From IMG/VR virus record IMGVR_UViG_2627853916_000003, positions 27,868-91,867 of that record: 64,000 bases of DNA. One strand, given 5' to 3'. This stretch comes from a virus. Lineage: Duplodnaviria; Caudoviricetes. A program made the translations under genes and the position numbers. How positions within the stretch are numbered: position 1 is the stretch's first letter; each line of letters starts with the position of its first letter. Of this stretch, positions 48,231 to 57,557 are shown in pieces. The notes beneath the pieces were generated by a model. The model saw nothing but the letters and a program-made list of their open reading frames with translations, made no database searches and had not been told where the DNA came from.

Positions 48231-49614
48231 GTACCTCGAAGCTATCTAGGTCGTCAAACCCCGATACTTCCTCGTCATCGAGGGCATCATAGGCTTGCTC
48301 TTTAGCGGCTTCGTTTTGTATTTGGGATGGGGATAGGATTGGTTCTACGCCGTTCTCTAGGTCTTCGGCTTCTTTGATTCGTTGGTTAATTTCTTCTTTA
48401 CGTGCTGGTAGCCAGCTATCTTCCTGTTCAAGCTGTTCTAACGTGTAGTCATCAAATAGTTCATCCAGCTCTTGCTCACTGATACCAGTGTCGTCTACTT
48501 CTGGCTCTAGGTTCGCTAGTTCTACCTTAGCTTCATGCAATAGCGTTGCTGGTGGACGTGCGCCTAACTTCTCGATTTGTTGGCACGTCTCTAAAGCCGT
48601 CCAGTTGTTCTTAGCGCGCAGAGAAAGCATTTCTATTACTAGGTTGGTTTCTTCCGCTGGTAGTAGGTGCGGCATCATCAATTCAGCGTATTCCTGTTTA
48701 CGCAAATCGATATAGCGTTTGGCCTCTTGCTTGGCCATCGTGGAAATACTTAATTCCAGTTCACGCAATCTAGTGCCATAGCCAAAGATGAGACGGTCAC
48801 GCATGGCGTTAATGTCTACAGGTTCGTTCTCATCATCGAGCGGGATGTTTCCGGTTTCCTCCATTTCATCGATCTCTTTAAGACGCTTGGCCAACGTCTC
48901 ATTCATTCGGTAATACTGCGAACGGGCAATAATGAGCTCGTTGCAAACCGACAGTGGATCGGTGTCCATGAGAATATCCATGATTTCGCCAGTAATACCC
49001 GCACTACGGGCGTAACCACCGTGGATGATTGGGCGACCAACTTGCGCACTGGAATACTGCGAAATTCCCTCAATTGATCGTGGTTTGCGCAGTGATCCAA
49101 TACCCCCTGTTTTCGCGCGATCGCCTTGCGCACTTTGCGCTTGCGCAGTCGCCCCCGCTTCTTGGGACTTTGATTTATCAGCTCTTTTCTTCTTCTTGTC
49201 GTTTTTCGCTTCTTGGAATTTCGCTACTTGCTCATCGTAAAGATCAAATAATCGATCGAACTCGGGCAGCGATCGCATGGAATTGAACTGACGGCGCAAT
49301 GTCGCACCGTTCACCCCTTTATCTTTCGCAAAAGCGGCCATTGTGAGCGTTGGATTTTGAGCGCCACGCACCAGAAATTCTTTCAATAGGGAATGCCAGT
49401 CATTGCCCTGACTGGTCTTTTTCGCTTTGATTTTTGGCATGATGGACGGTTGGAACTTACCGCCCTTTCTGGCTGGCCGTTTTATATATCGTTTAGCAGT
49501 GCCGTACTTTAGTCCGTTGGCTTCGCAATACTCGGCCAGCGTCAAAGTCGGCTGCTTCTCTAACTGCTCCCAAAACTGCTGTTGGTGAGCCTGATAGTCA
49601 ATCTTGCCGGACAC
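48220..49614 (-). CDS. pacA: Terminase small subunit PacA
   Basis: HTH N-terminus; HGGYA motif; overlaps the pacB start. Confidence 0.8.
   Translation of the reverse strand: MSGKIDYQAHQQQFWEQLEKQPTLTLAEYCEANGLKYGTAKRYIKRPARKGGKFQPSIMPKIKAKKTSQGNDWHSLLKEFLVRGAQNPTLTMAAFAKDKGVNGATLRRQFNSMRSLPEFDRLFDLYDEQVAKFQEAKNDKKKKRADKSKSQEAGATAQAQSAQGDRAKTGGIGSLRKPRSIEGISQYSSAQVGRPIIHGGYARSAGITGEIMDILMDTDPLSVCNELIIARSQYYRMNETLAKRLKEIDEMEETGNIPLDDENEPVDINAMRDRLIFGYGTRLRELELSISTMAKQEAKRYIDLRKQEYAELMMPHLLPAEETNLVIEMLSLRAKNNWTALETCQQIEKLGARPPATLLHEAKVELANLEPEVDDTGISEQELDELFDDYTLEQLEQEDSWLPARKEEINQRIKEAEDLENGVEPILSPSQIQNEAAKEQAYDALDDEEVSGFDDLDSFEVLGG
49043..49275. other. Candidate pac site within pacA
   Basis: GATC at 49076, 49094, 49119 and 49242, 49254, 49271 around a GATC-free core; TTGCGCA repeats. 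Confidence 0.5.
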
Positions 49615-49923
49615 GGTTAAACCCCACTTATTTCGTTACGTTCGGAATAATACAGAGTTTAGAGAGGCGATCACAATACGAACGAAGCCAGATGAAACAA
49701 TCATTTAATTGTCAATAGGGTTTTAAAACACAAAAACAGCTAACACGACACTAAGCAGTATTTACAGTAACGGTTTTTTGCATATAATCATGACCAGCTA
49801 GTGAGTAACGCTATTTTTGTTCAATTGATTCTGCGGCACGATATAGTAATTGGCTGCGTTATCTCACTAGCCACCTTTCCCCCATACCCAAGACAACGCG
49901 CTACGTGACGAAAGGAACACCCC

Positions 49924-50319
49924 TTGAAAGCACCCGAGCACATCAAATTCAGACACAAAGCCAAAACCAAAGCACGACAAGCCATGTTCAGAACTCGCCA
50001 ACGGGAAAAGGGTTTAGCACTGCTCCAAGCGCGCATTTCACGCCTTGCTCACGCCAAAGCGTGCGAACAATGCGAACAGAACGGCATTACCCTGACCGAC
50101 CTATATCAATTGGCCATCAACCACACTGACCCGAACCAGCTACCAGAGAAACACCCCGAGGTGACAGAGGGCGACCTTGTAGGCACACGCCAAATCAGCC
50201 CTTGGATTGATCCCGAAGTGGCAAAGACGTTCGAGAAATTGGCCACCAACTACCGTAATCGCACCATTGCGATGAGCGCCATCGTCTATGCGTATTGTGT
50301 TCACTGCGACGAAGAATGA
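49924..50319 (+). CDS. Hypothetical DNA-binding (RHH-like) protein
   Basis: Basic N-terminus; two RHH-like segments. Confidence 0.5.
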   Translation: MKAPEHIKFRHKAKTKARQAMFRTRQREKGLALLQARISRLAHAKACEQCEQNGITLTDLYQLAINHTDPNQLPEKHPEVTEGDLVGTRQISPWIDPEVAKTFEKLATNYRNRTIAMSAIVYAYCVHCDEE

Positions 50320-50831
50320 ACCGAACCGGACACGCTTGGGGAGCACTGTGCTTTGCTCCCGTTCCTCTCGCCTTAATGGCAGACGCTACACCACTGCATT
50401 CAATCCTGGCATTTCTTGGTTGCTTAAGCGGTTCGAGCGCACCGGACTGGCTTGAGTTTGAGAGAATCCCACACCGAACTTACACCCACATCCTTTCGCT
50501 ATGGCTCGCTGTAACGGCCTATGGCTATCATTTGGCATTAGGGGATACATTCGTACCCATTGAGGCGTTAAAGGCCACCAGCACGATTCTAGGTGCGATT
50601 CTGTGTGGATTTGGATGCGGTTGTATCTCGCATTGGCTTGGGGATGTGCTAAACCGCCAACCAGTGCCGATTTTTACCCCGTTTGATAGGTACTGTTTGA
50701 ATCTGTTCGCCTCGGGAAGCCACCAGCGAATCACATGCGCGTTCATCTTCTCGGTAGCATGTATTTTAGCGGCCTTTTTACGGCCTTTGTCATTCCGAAT
50801 AGACTTGTTAAAAGTGACGTTTTTGACATAA
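50316..50831 (+). CDS. Metal-dependent membrane hydrolase (YdjM-like)
   Basis: GH...PDW...HRTYTH...SHWLGD motifs. Confidence 0.8.
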   Translation: MNRTGHAWGALCFAPVPLALMADATPLHSILAFLGCLSGSSAPDWLEFERIPHRTYTHILSLWLAVTAYGYHLALGDTFVPIEALKATSTILGAILCGFGCGCISHWLGDVLNRQPVPIFTPFDRYCLNLFASGSHQRITCAFIFSVACILAAFLRPLSFRIDLLKVTFLT

Positions 50832-50859
50832 AAAAAGGCCACGTTTACCGTGGCCTTTT
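50831..50859 (+). terminator. Intrinsic terminator
   Basis: AAAAGGCCACG-tttac-CGTGGCCTTTT. Confidence 0.75.
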
Positions 50860-51412
50860 GATTTTGAGGAGTTGTCAATAACAGGTAATTTCAATAACCA
50901 ATGGCTTCGCCATCTATATCTGGAGTTATCCACGTCCATTTCTTGCGAGCAAGGTAAATATAGGACACCGAAAACGGCTTTTCAATAGGTTGAAACGCGA
51001 CACATACTGCAAACAAAAAAAGAGCCAGTATCTCTACCAGCTCTTTGACTCTCTTTTGCAAACCTACTTTGAATCACTTGCCGAAGTTTTACACTCCAAC
51101 ACGAAACAGGGCAATTATATTGATACTTACCTTGAAAAATCAACAAAAAAAGCGCCGATGGCATAACCAAGGGCGCTTAAGATCAGCTGTCTAAGATTTT
51201 AAAGGAAAACACGGTCGTCACAATGGCAACTAATGTAACTCGCGTATGAATAAATTTAGCCGTTCGGAATAAACAGTTCAAGTATTTTTTCACTACCTCA
51301 CTCTCTCTTGTTCGATTTGAAATGCTCGTCACTATCTTGATTGATACTTATTGCTGGTCAATGGCTCTAGGTGCATCATTGTGCATAGCGGTTAAGGTTT
51401 TGGAGTACAACA

Positions 51413-52324
51413 ATGGCTCAAAAGGTAAGGTTCGTTAAGCTTGGTACTAAAGGCTCTTGGGAAGTTGACTGCATTAAGAATGGTACGATTCAAATTGGAT
51501 TTGAGAGTCCTATGCACCAGCAATGCTTAAATGGTGATTGGGATGCAGTTCAGAACTATTGGCTTGAGCAAAAAGACTCTAAACAGGTTGCTTCCAACTT
51601 TGTGAATCAGCTTAAGAGCTTCTATGAATCCAGTGAAGATGACATTTGGATCACGTTCCACCAGCGTAGGCTCTATTGGTGTAAAGCCTATAGGCAGGTA
51701 GAAGAACTGGATGATGGCAACCATATACGCAGAGTCATAGGCGCTTGGAGCTGTACAGACGCGAACGGCAAGGAACTGACCATAGATAACCTAGATGGCC
51801 GCATCACTAAGGTGCAGGGATTTCGAGGCACTATCTGTAATGTAGAAATGCCTGAATACTTAGTTCGAAAGATCAACGGGGAAGCAGATGAATCCGTGGT
51901 ATTGGCTCAATCTAGGCTAGATGCGCTTACCGAAAGCGTGATTGATTTGATTAAAGGGCTCTGGTGGTATGACTTTGAATTGCTGGTGGATTTGGTGTTC
52001 TCTAAGTCTGGTTGGCATCGATATTCAGTGCTTGGCAAAACAGAGAAAGATATAGACCTTGATTTGTTCTCCCCAACAACCGGACGTAGGGCGTTTGCTC
52101 AAGTGAAGTCACACACGACTCAAGCAGAGTTAGACTCGTATTTTGATAAGTATGCGACCTATGAAGATTATCAGGAGTTTTTCTTTATCTACCACACGGC
52201 TAGTAGTGAGTTGAGCCTATCTGGTGTAAAGAATCCAAATGCTCACGTTCTTGGTGGGGAGTCATTGGCTAAGCTGGTTATATCAACGGGATTGGTGTAT
52301 TGGCTGATTGAGAAGCGCAGATAG
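51413..52324 (+). CDS. Mrr-like PD-(D/E)xK restriction endonuclease with N-terminal recognition domain
   Basis: DFELLVDLVF...DIDL...AQVKS. Confidence 0.8.
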   Translation: MAQKVRFVKLGTKGSWEVDCIKNGTIQIGFESPMHQQCLNGDWDAVQNYWLEQKDSKQVASNFVNQLKSFYESSEDDIWITFHQRRLYWCKAYRQVEELDDGNHIRRVIGAWSCTDANGKELTIDNLDGRITKVQGFRGTICNVEMPEYLVRKINGEADESVVLAQSRLDALTESVIDLIKGLWWYDFELLVDLVFSKSGWHRYSVLGKTEKDIDLDLFSPTTGRRAFAQVKSHTTQAELDSYFDKYATYEDYQEFFFIYHTASSELSLSGVKNPNAHVLGGESLAKLVISTGLVYWLIEKRR

Positions 52325-52408
52325 AGCAAAGGGCTACCTATCTTTAAAAAACAACCCTCTGCCCTCTTTGGTAGCGCTTGCACAAGCTGACTAAGCAAGC
52401 GCGCCCTA

Positions 52409-52759
52409 TTAATCAAATAGGGAGTCAGCGCCGATTAGTGGTACAAGACGAAGTAAAACATCCTCCATAACTCCACTTTCAGCGGTGGCAATCTTTTTGG
52501 CTTTGCGATCTTTCCAAGATAGGGTTTGGACTAAGCTAGAAGCGACCACGCAGGGTTTATCTAGGTTGTTTACAGGAACTTCCGTTGCTTGGCCGCGAAT
52601 ACTGGTGCTAATAGGGCAGCAAATGAGTAGTCCTGTTTGTTGGTTGTATTCTTTGCTGGAAAGCACTAGCGCAGGACGGTACTTGCCAATTTCCTTTCCC
52701 TTTGTTGGCTCAAAGTCGAGCCAGATAATATCGTTTCGTTTAGGAATAAACTGCGCCAT
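52409..52759 (-). CDS. mazF: MazF/PemK toxin
   Basis: DIIWLDFEPTKGKEIGKYRPALVLS. Confidence 0.92.
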   Translation of the reverse strand: MAQFIPKRNDIIWLDFEPTKGKEIGKYRPALVLSSKEYNQQTGLLICCPISTSIRGQATEVPVNNLDKPCVVASSLVQTLSWKDRKAKKIATAESGVMEDVLLRLVPLIGADSLFD

Positions 52760-53013
52760 TATTCACCTAACTCTTTGCTTGAAACTATTGCCAGCTCATC
52801 GGCGTGTGCCGTATGTGCATCTAAACCTTTCAATAGTTCTTTTTCGCTAAATGGAAAGCGTTTTTTTGGGCGTTTGATTGGCTCAATGATTATCTTGTCG
52901 CCATCGGCTTTAACCTCAATATCCGCCCCCTCCGATAGCCCTAATTGCTTGATAAAGGCAGCAGGGATGATGTTACCGAGGCTATTCCCTATTTTTCGCA
53001 CTTGAGTACGCAT
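52759..53013 (-). CDS. mazE: MazE/AbrB antitoxin
   Basis: RKIGNSLGNIIP; GTTATAAC palindromes upstream at 53039 and 53085. Confidence 0.9.
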   Translation of the reverse strand: MRTQVRKIGNSLGNIIPAAFIKQLGLSEGADIEVKADGDKIIIEPIKRPKKRFPFSEKELLKGLDAHTAHADELAIVSSKELGE

Positions 53014-53095
53014 GACTCACCTCTTATGTTGACACGATGTTATAACAATAATATTGTATGCTTTTTGCCCAAAGTGTCAACTTTGTTATAACTAC

Positions 53096-53260
53096 CTAGC
53101 CAACACTACTTTCAGCTTGCTTAAGGTGATTGTTTATCTCGTGAATCATCTTGCGCAGGGCGTTATCCAGCTCTTTGGTGTACAGCTTATCCTTGGCCAG
53201 TTCTCGCTTAAGGATGCGATCGTGTTTGCGATGCCAGAATAGTTCGTGAACTTTTCTCAT
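53096..53260 (-). CDS. Small basic protein (not in ORF track)
   Basis: Manual translation MRKVHELFWHRKHDRILKRE...; 54 aa. Confidence 0.55.
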   Translation of the reverse strand: MRKVHELFWHRKHDRILKRELAKDKLYTKELDNALRKMIHEINNHLKQAESSVG

Positions 53261-53299
53261 AGTGCCTACTCATATAGGCGTTCTTTGGTAGGGGATAGA

Positions 53300-53440
53300 T
53301 AGAACAAAGGGCTGACCCTCTTTCGAAGATCAACCCTTTGCCCTCTTTGGGAGCCTGTAGGTTTTACCCTACAACGCTTGCACAACCTTATTAAACAAGC
53401 GCACCGTATAGGAAGTCGTATCCGTCACCGTCCTATGGAG
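53300..53440 (-). ncRNA. Candidate structured RNA/leader
   Basis: Promoter TTGTGC-17 bp (operator)-TAATAT at 53473-53445; four successive hairpins; degenerate copy at 52321-52409. Confidence 0.45.
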
Positions 53441-53504
53441 CGGTATATTAATCTCATTCCGAACACAGCACAATATTAGTTTATAAATTCACTTTTGATA
53501 TTGC

Positions 53505-53771
53505 TCAAGCTTTTGATTTGTTTTGTCGCTTTTTGCTGGTGGCTTTCTTGAGTGTTTCGTAGTAGCCAATCTTAATCAGAAAGAAGTACCAAAGCGCATT
53601 AAGCGGTGTGATTTGCTTGAATGTGAGCTCGGCAAACCAGAATCGCTTTTTAAGCTGTTTGATGGCCATGTAAGCCAGCCATTGATGCTTAAATCTAAGT
53701 ACCGTCACTAGGCGCGCTTTCTTCACCTTAAGCGTGAACACATAGGCTCTTGTTTTTCCTGTCTCACTCAT
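53505..53771 (-). CDS. Hypothetical protein
   Basis: ORF coupled to the upstream gene. Confidence 0.5.
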   Translation of the reverse strand: MSETGKTRAYVFTLKVKKARLVTVLRFKHQWLAYMAIKQLKKRFWFAELTFKQITPLNALWYFFLIKIGYYETLKKATSKKRQNKSKA

Positions 53772-54249
53772 TGCTTACCTTTCCCTCCAACTGGTATCGA
53801 AGCGGAGCAGTAAGCCATCCCCAACGCTTATGTCGCCAAATATCGCTAATCGTGGACTGGTGTACGCCGTATTCCTCGGCTAACGTGTGTTGGCATACCT
53901 GTTTAGTGAATAAGAGCTCGTAGATGCGTAGAACTTCACTAGGGGATAGTTTGGAAGCGCAGTTCTTTCCTCGGCGGTCTACGTTGTCCTTTACGGCCTT
54001 TTCAGCGGGTACACCAGCCTTAAGGCGTCTTAGCACTCGGCGGTAGCTGGTATCGGTAGCGGCGCATAGCTGTCTTACGGTCATTACCTTGCCTTGGTAG
54101 GTCACAAGGTGCTTGGTAGCCTCGGCCAGCAGTTCCTCTCCGGTTCGGAGTCCTTTGTGATACGCGCGATAAAGGGAAGTCATCGGATAGCCAGTTAACT
54201 GAGCGAGACGGTACACGCTCATGGCTTGACCCTGATATTGAATACTCAT
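53764..54249 (-). CDS. HTH DNA-binding protein (HNH-associated type domains)
   Basis: Two YQG...T/SV repeats; KLSPSEV...LAEEYGVHQSTISDI. Confidence 0.65.
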   Translation of the reverse strand: MSIQYQGQAMSVYRLAQLTGYPMTSLYRAYHKGLRTGEELLAEATKHLVTYQGKVMTVRQLCAATDTSYRRVLRRLKAGVPAEKAVKDNVDRRGKNCASKLSPSEVLRIYELLFTKQVCQHTLAEEYGVHQSTISDIWRHKRWGWLTAPLRYQLEGKVSNE

Positions 54250-54263
54250 GGCGGCTCACTCCC

Positions 54264-54902
54264 TTAAGCCGCTTTAGCGATTTGCTCATAGATACCAGTA
54301 AGGTGCGTTCTGCCTACCTTACGGTTAAAGCGCATGGATGGTGTTTGCAGACCTTTCTCGGTAAAGAGCACTAAGGCACTGCCGAAGTTCACGCCTTGCT
54401 TTTTGGTGTGTCCATCCGTCTCATAGAACGGGTAGCGGCCATCCGGCTTGTAAATCATCGTGGCGTAGCCCTCAACCAAGTCCAGCCACCACGTAGTAAG
54501 TTCTTCGTGTGGTAACAGCATCATGCCGTCACGGCCTTTTCTGGCTTGTTCTCGCGCCTTTTCCAGAAACTCAAACTTAAGGTCAAACGGAGGGTTGCAC
54601 CACCAGCCATCTTCCCATTCGCCTTGTAGGCCATCGAACCCAACACAAACAGGGTTTAGGAGCTGAGCGGCCTTGTGTTTTGGTTTAAGGCTAGGGAATC
54701 CACTCGGCTGTTCGTTAATCCAATCAGGAGCCACGTAGAAGCGGTTCACCTTGGCGGTTTGTGGCTCGGCGGCCACGTCTAAAACAAACTCTTTTCCGGT
54801 ATCACGTCGAAAGAGGAATTGAGCATCAAAGAAACAGTCCCAACGAGTCGCCCATTTGTTCTTTGCGCCCTCGACGGTCTTACTTTTGACTAGATGCGCC
54901 AT
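54264..54902 (-). CDS. Phage DNA N6-adenine methyltransferase (Dam-like family)
   Basis: FVLDVAA and WCNPPF motifs. Confidence 0.85.
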   Translation of the reverse strand: MAHLVKSKTVEGAKNKWATRWDCFFDAQFLFRRDTGKEFVLDVAAEPQTAKVNRFYVAPDWINEQPSGFPSLKPKHKAAQLLNPVCVGFDGLQGEWEDGWWCNPPFDLKFEFLEKAREQARKGRDGMMLLPHEELTTWWLDLVEGYATMIYKPDGRYPFYETDGHTKKQGVNFGSALVLFTEKGLQTPSMRFNRKVGRTHLTGIYEQIAKAA

Positions 54903-55122
54903 TCTCTGACTTCTCCCCACTCTTGGCCGCTACCGTAATGCGCTCGATACGTTCTGCGTCCAAATCAATCTTAACTCGCTCTATCTTTGGATAGACCACC
55001 AATCCATAAAAGCTGTATGTACCAATACCGACAACAGCCACCAGCGCTAACACAATGGTTATGGCCAGTAACCGAACGGAGCCGATAAAGACACGTAGCC
55101 CTATCGCCTTGCTATCACTCAT
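54880..55122 (-). CDS. Small membrane protein
   Basis: TM helix. Confidence 0.55.
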   Translation of the reverse strand: MSDSKAIGLRVFIGSVRLLAITIVLALVAVVGIGTYSFYGLVVYPKIERVKIDLDAERIERITVAAKSGEKSENGASSQK

Positions 55123-55411
55123 GGATTCGAACCATATCTTTGTAAGCAGAGAACACTACGCTGTGCTCGGTTTTTACGCCTAAGCGCTCTTTAGTGGCGG
55201 GATTGATGGTTGTGCGTTCGCGTTCAACGTGACGTAGGCGACCAAAACCACGGACTTGCACCTCTCGGCCTTTCGCCAGCTCCACCAGCATGTGATTGAA
55301 CATTGCGTCCAGACAATCGCCAATCAGCTCTGCATCATCACCAGTGAGTTTTAAACCAAGGCGTTTTGAAATGTTTCTCTCGATGTCAGTTCGGTTTAGG
55401 CGTGTGGTCAT
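55115..55411 (-). CDS. HU/IHF-family DNA-binding protein
   Basis: GREVQVRGFG...INPAT. Confidence 0.85.
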   Translation of the reverse strand: MTTRLNRTDIERNISKRLGLKLTGDDAELIGDCLDAMFNHMLVELAKGREVQVRGFGRLRHVERERTTINPATKERLGVKTEHSVVFSAYKDMVRIHE

Positions 55412-55734
55412 TAGTTCGCTCCCTTAATCTCGTTTACCATGTTTGCTAGTGCTTCACGGAATACATCCGATGCACTAAAGGTCAGCTTGACGCGCGCTGG
55501 TACAATGGCTGGTGCTCCCGTTTTTGGATTACGGCCAGCTCGGGCTTTCTTATGGCGAGCAGAGAATGTGCCGAAGCCACTTAGCAATACTGTGTTGCCC
55601 TCGATCATTGTTTGAGTTGAGATTTCTTCGATAAAGGCATTGAAGACCAGCTCGCATTCTTCACGCAATGCGCCCGTTTCCTTCTTCATTGCTGAGATGA
55701 TTTCGTACTTTCCGACGGCTTGTTGTTTAGACAC
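55411..55734 (-). CDS. HU/IHF-family DNA-binding protein
   Basis: LSGFGTFSARHKKARAGRNPKTG. Confidence 0.92.
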   Translation of the reverse strand: MSKQQAVGKYEIISAMKKETGALREECELVFNAFIEEISTQTMIEGNTVLLSGFGTFSARHKKARAGRNPKTGAPAIVPARVKLTFSASDVFREALANMVNEIKGAN

Positions 55735-55982
55735 GCTAAGTCCTCTTGTATATCTTTCAGAAAAATTCCGTGCTGTTGGCCTAGAAGATTGATGGCGTAT
55801 AGAACCAATTCCTCTCGACTACTACAGCCAAGTTCGATTTGGAGTCGCCTTATTTGCTCTCGCTGTGTCGCGCTGGCGCGGTAGTATTGGCGTTTAATGT
55901 CGAACTTAGCCATTTTGGCCAGATGACGATTCCAGCGCTGTTGAGGCGTTAAGGCGTCTTTTTTGGGTTTACGTCCTGCCAT
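55686..55982 (-). CDS. Small DNA-binding protein, probably leaderless mRNA
   Basis: MAGRKPKK...; TATAAT 6 nt before ATG. Confidence 0.55.
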   Translation of the reverse strand: MAGRKPKKDALTPQQRWNRHLAKMAKFDIKRQYYRASATQREQIRRLQIELGCSSREELVLYAINLLGQQHGIFLKDIQEDLACLNNKPSESTKSSQQ

Positions 55983-55997
55983 ACGGCAATTATAACC

Positions 55998-56028
55998 ATT
56001 CCGAACACGCCGTAAACATTCCGAACAC
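55998..56028 (-). promoter_or_regulatory. Tandem operators overlapping promoter
   Basis: ATTCCGAACAC at 55998 and 56018; TTTACG-16-TATAAT on the minus strand. Confidence 0.75.
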
Positions 56029-56101
56029 ACTTTCTGTTTTTAATACAAAAAAATACCGCCCTTAGAGGCGGCATTTATGGAAAGATGATCAAGGATTGGT
56101 G

Positions 56102-56800
56102 CTATACACGCTTGAATGGCGAGAAGTGACTGCGAACCCCCTCTCGAACTTTAAGAGGTGTTTTGCGCAGCTTAGCGCGTGTCGCTGTGTCGTATAAGTA
56201 TTGCTCCCACTCCCAATACGTTAGGTCACGTAAACGGCCTACAGGTTCGCCAGCACTATTCATGAAAATGTAAGTGTTCTTAGCTTGGCCATTTGGGATA
56301 GGTTTACCGTTGCCGTCCTGAATCTCAAACACGCCTCGCGCTGCAATAAATTCCACGGTCAGTCCGTATTGAGCGGCAGTCGCATCGATCATTGCGCCAG
56401 TCACGCTTATGGTTTCATTGAAGATTTTGGTGCGGAGGATTTCGCGTCGATATTTCTTAATGTCTCGAATCCATTCGAAGATGACGCAACGGGTATGCGG
56501 TGTACGGATGTTTGTTTTTACTTTGATTAGACCAGCATCGAACAGCATTCTAATGACTCGATAGTTGATCTTCTCTCTTGGTGCAATGGTGTTCCCTGTA
56601 CCATCGTAATCACAAATGTGTCCACCAGTAAGCCAACGATACGCTTGAGCGCTACCAAATTCCCCAGCGGGTGCATAGCTTAGCAATAGCTTGTCGTAGT
56701 AAAGGTAATCACATAGAAAGTTACGAACTACCTTTGTTGCATCCAACACATCTAAGTTAACTGGCTTTTGGCCAATGTTGTGGTATTCACTCGCTAACAT
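56102..56800 (-). CDS. Hypothetical phage protein
   Basis: 232 aa ORF. Confidence 0.65.
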   Translation of the reverse strand: MLASEYHNIGQKPVNLDVLDATKVVRNFLCDYLYYDKLLLSYAPAGEFGSAQAYRWLTGGHICDYDGTGNTIAPREKINYRVIRMLFDAGLIKVKTNIRTPHTRCVIFEWIRDIKKYRREILRTKIFNETISVTGAMIDATAAQYGLTVEFIAARGVFEIQDGNGKPIPNGQAKNTYIFMNSAGEPVGRLRDLTYWEWEQYLYDTATRAKLRKTPLKVREGVRSHFSPFKRV

Positions 56801-56826
56801 GAGAAATTTAAGCCCTTTTAATGTAC

Positions 56827-57555
56827 TTATGCGGCTAGTCTAGTTTTGTTATCAAATGTTGGCAATTGAAGATAGCTATTAATTTGATAAATGCACTCAT
56901 CAAATCCCTTGGCAACAACCACGTAATACCCTAATTCTTGGAACATTTTTATCTTTTCCTGTTGCTCCTTGCTTGGACGGCCTTTTTCCGTTTTTACCTC
57001 CAAAAAGAAGCCGTGATATACCCCTCTCGGGATAGGAAAGAATATGTCCGGTACACCTTTCTTTTGTCCCTCATAGCTCATCATCGAGGCCGCTTTAGGT
57101 GTTCGGTAGCCGCCGTTCGGGATTGAGAAAACCAGCGGGTAAATGTCCTTGTACTGCGTCTCTAACGTGTAGAACAAACGAACCTGTAACCAGTGTTCGG
57201 CCAGCTTTGTGTCGTTAAACTCTTTCGGGCGCTTAATCCCTTGTGCAAGGCGCGTTTTGTGTGGTGAATCCAGTTCAACTTTCTTCTGTGTCGCAGCGCG
57301 CGCAACGTCATTGTCTTTCTCAAGAATACGAATGAGCCAGGCTGGTAGCTCCGACTTGTCCACCAGCGCAGTATTAGGGACGTTTATCGATACCGGATTG
57401 ATGATGTGATTAACAGAACGGTTAATCTCGTTAAGCGCTGCATCGATATTGAAGTCGCCGCCGTGGCCAGCTTTCACGCCTTTGCTTTTCCACTTCTTGC
57501 GCTTAGCGACTTGGTTTGCGAGAAAAGAGTGATCGAATCGTGGTGCTCTGGCCAT
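56827..57555 (-). CDS. VRR-NUC nuclease
   Basis: EHWLQ...IPNGG...GVPDI...FLEVKTEKGRPSKEQ. Confidence 0.9.
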   Translation of the reverse strand: MARAPRFDHSFLANQVAKRKKWKSKGVKAGHGGDFNIDAALNEINRSVNHIINPVSINVPNTALVDKSELPAWLIRILEKDNDVARAATQKKVELDSPHKTRLAQGIKRPKEFNDTKLAEHWLQVRLFYTLETQYKDIYPLVFSIPNGGYRTPKAASMMSYEGQKKGVPDIFFPIPRGVYHGFFLEVKTEKGRPSKEQQEKIKMFQELGYYVVVAKGFDECIYQINSYLQLPTFDNKTRLAA

Positions 57556-57557
57556 AA

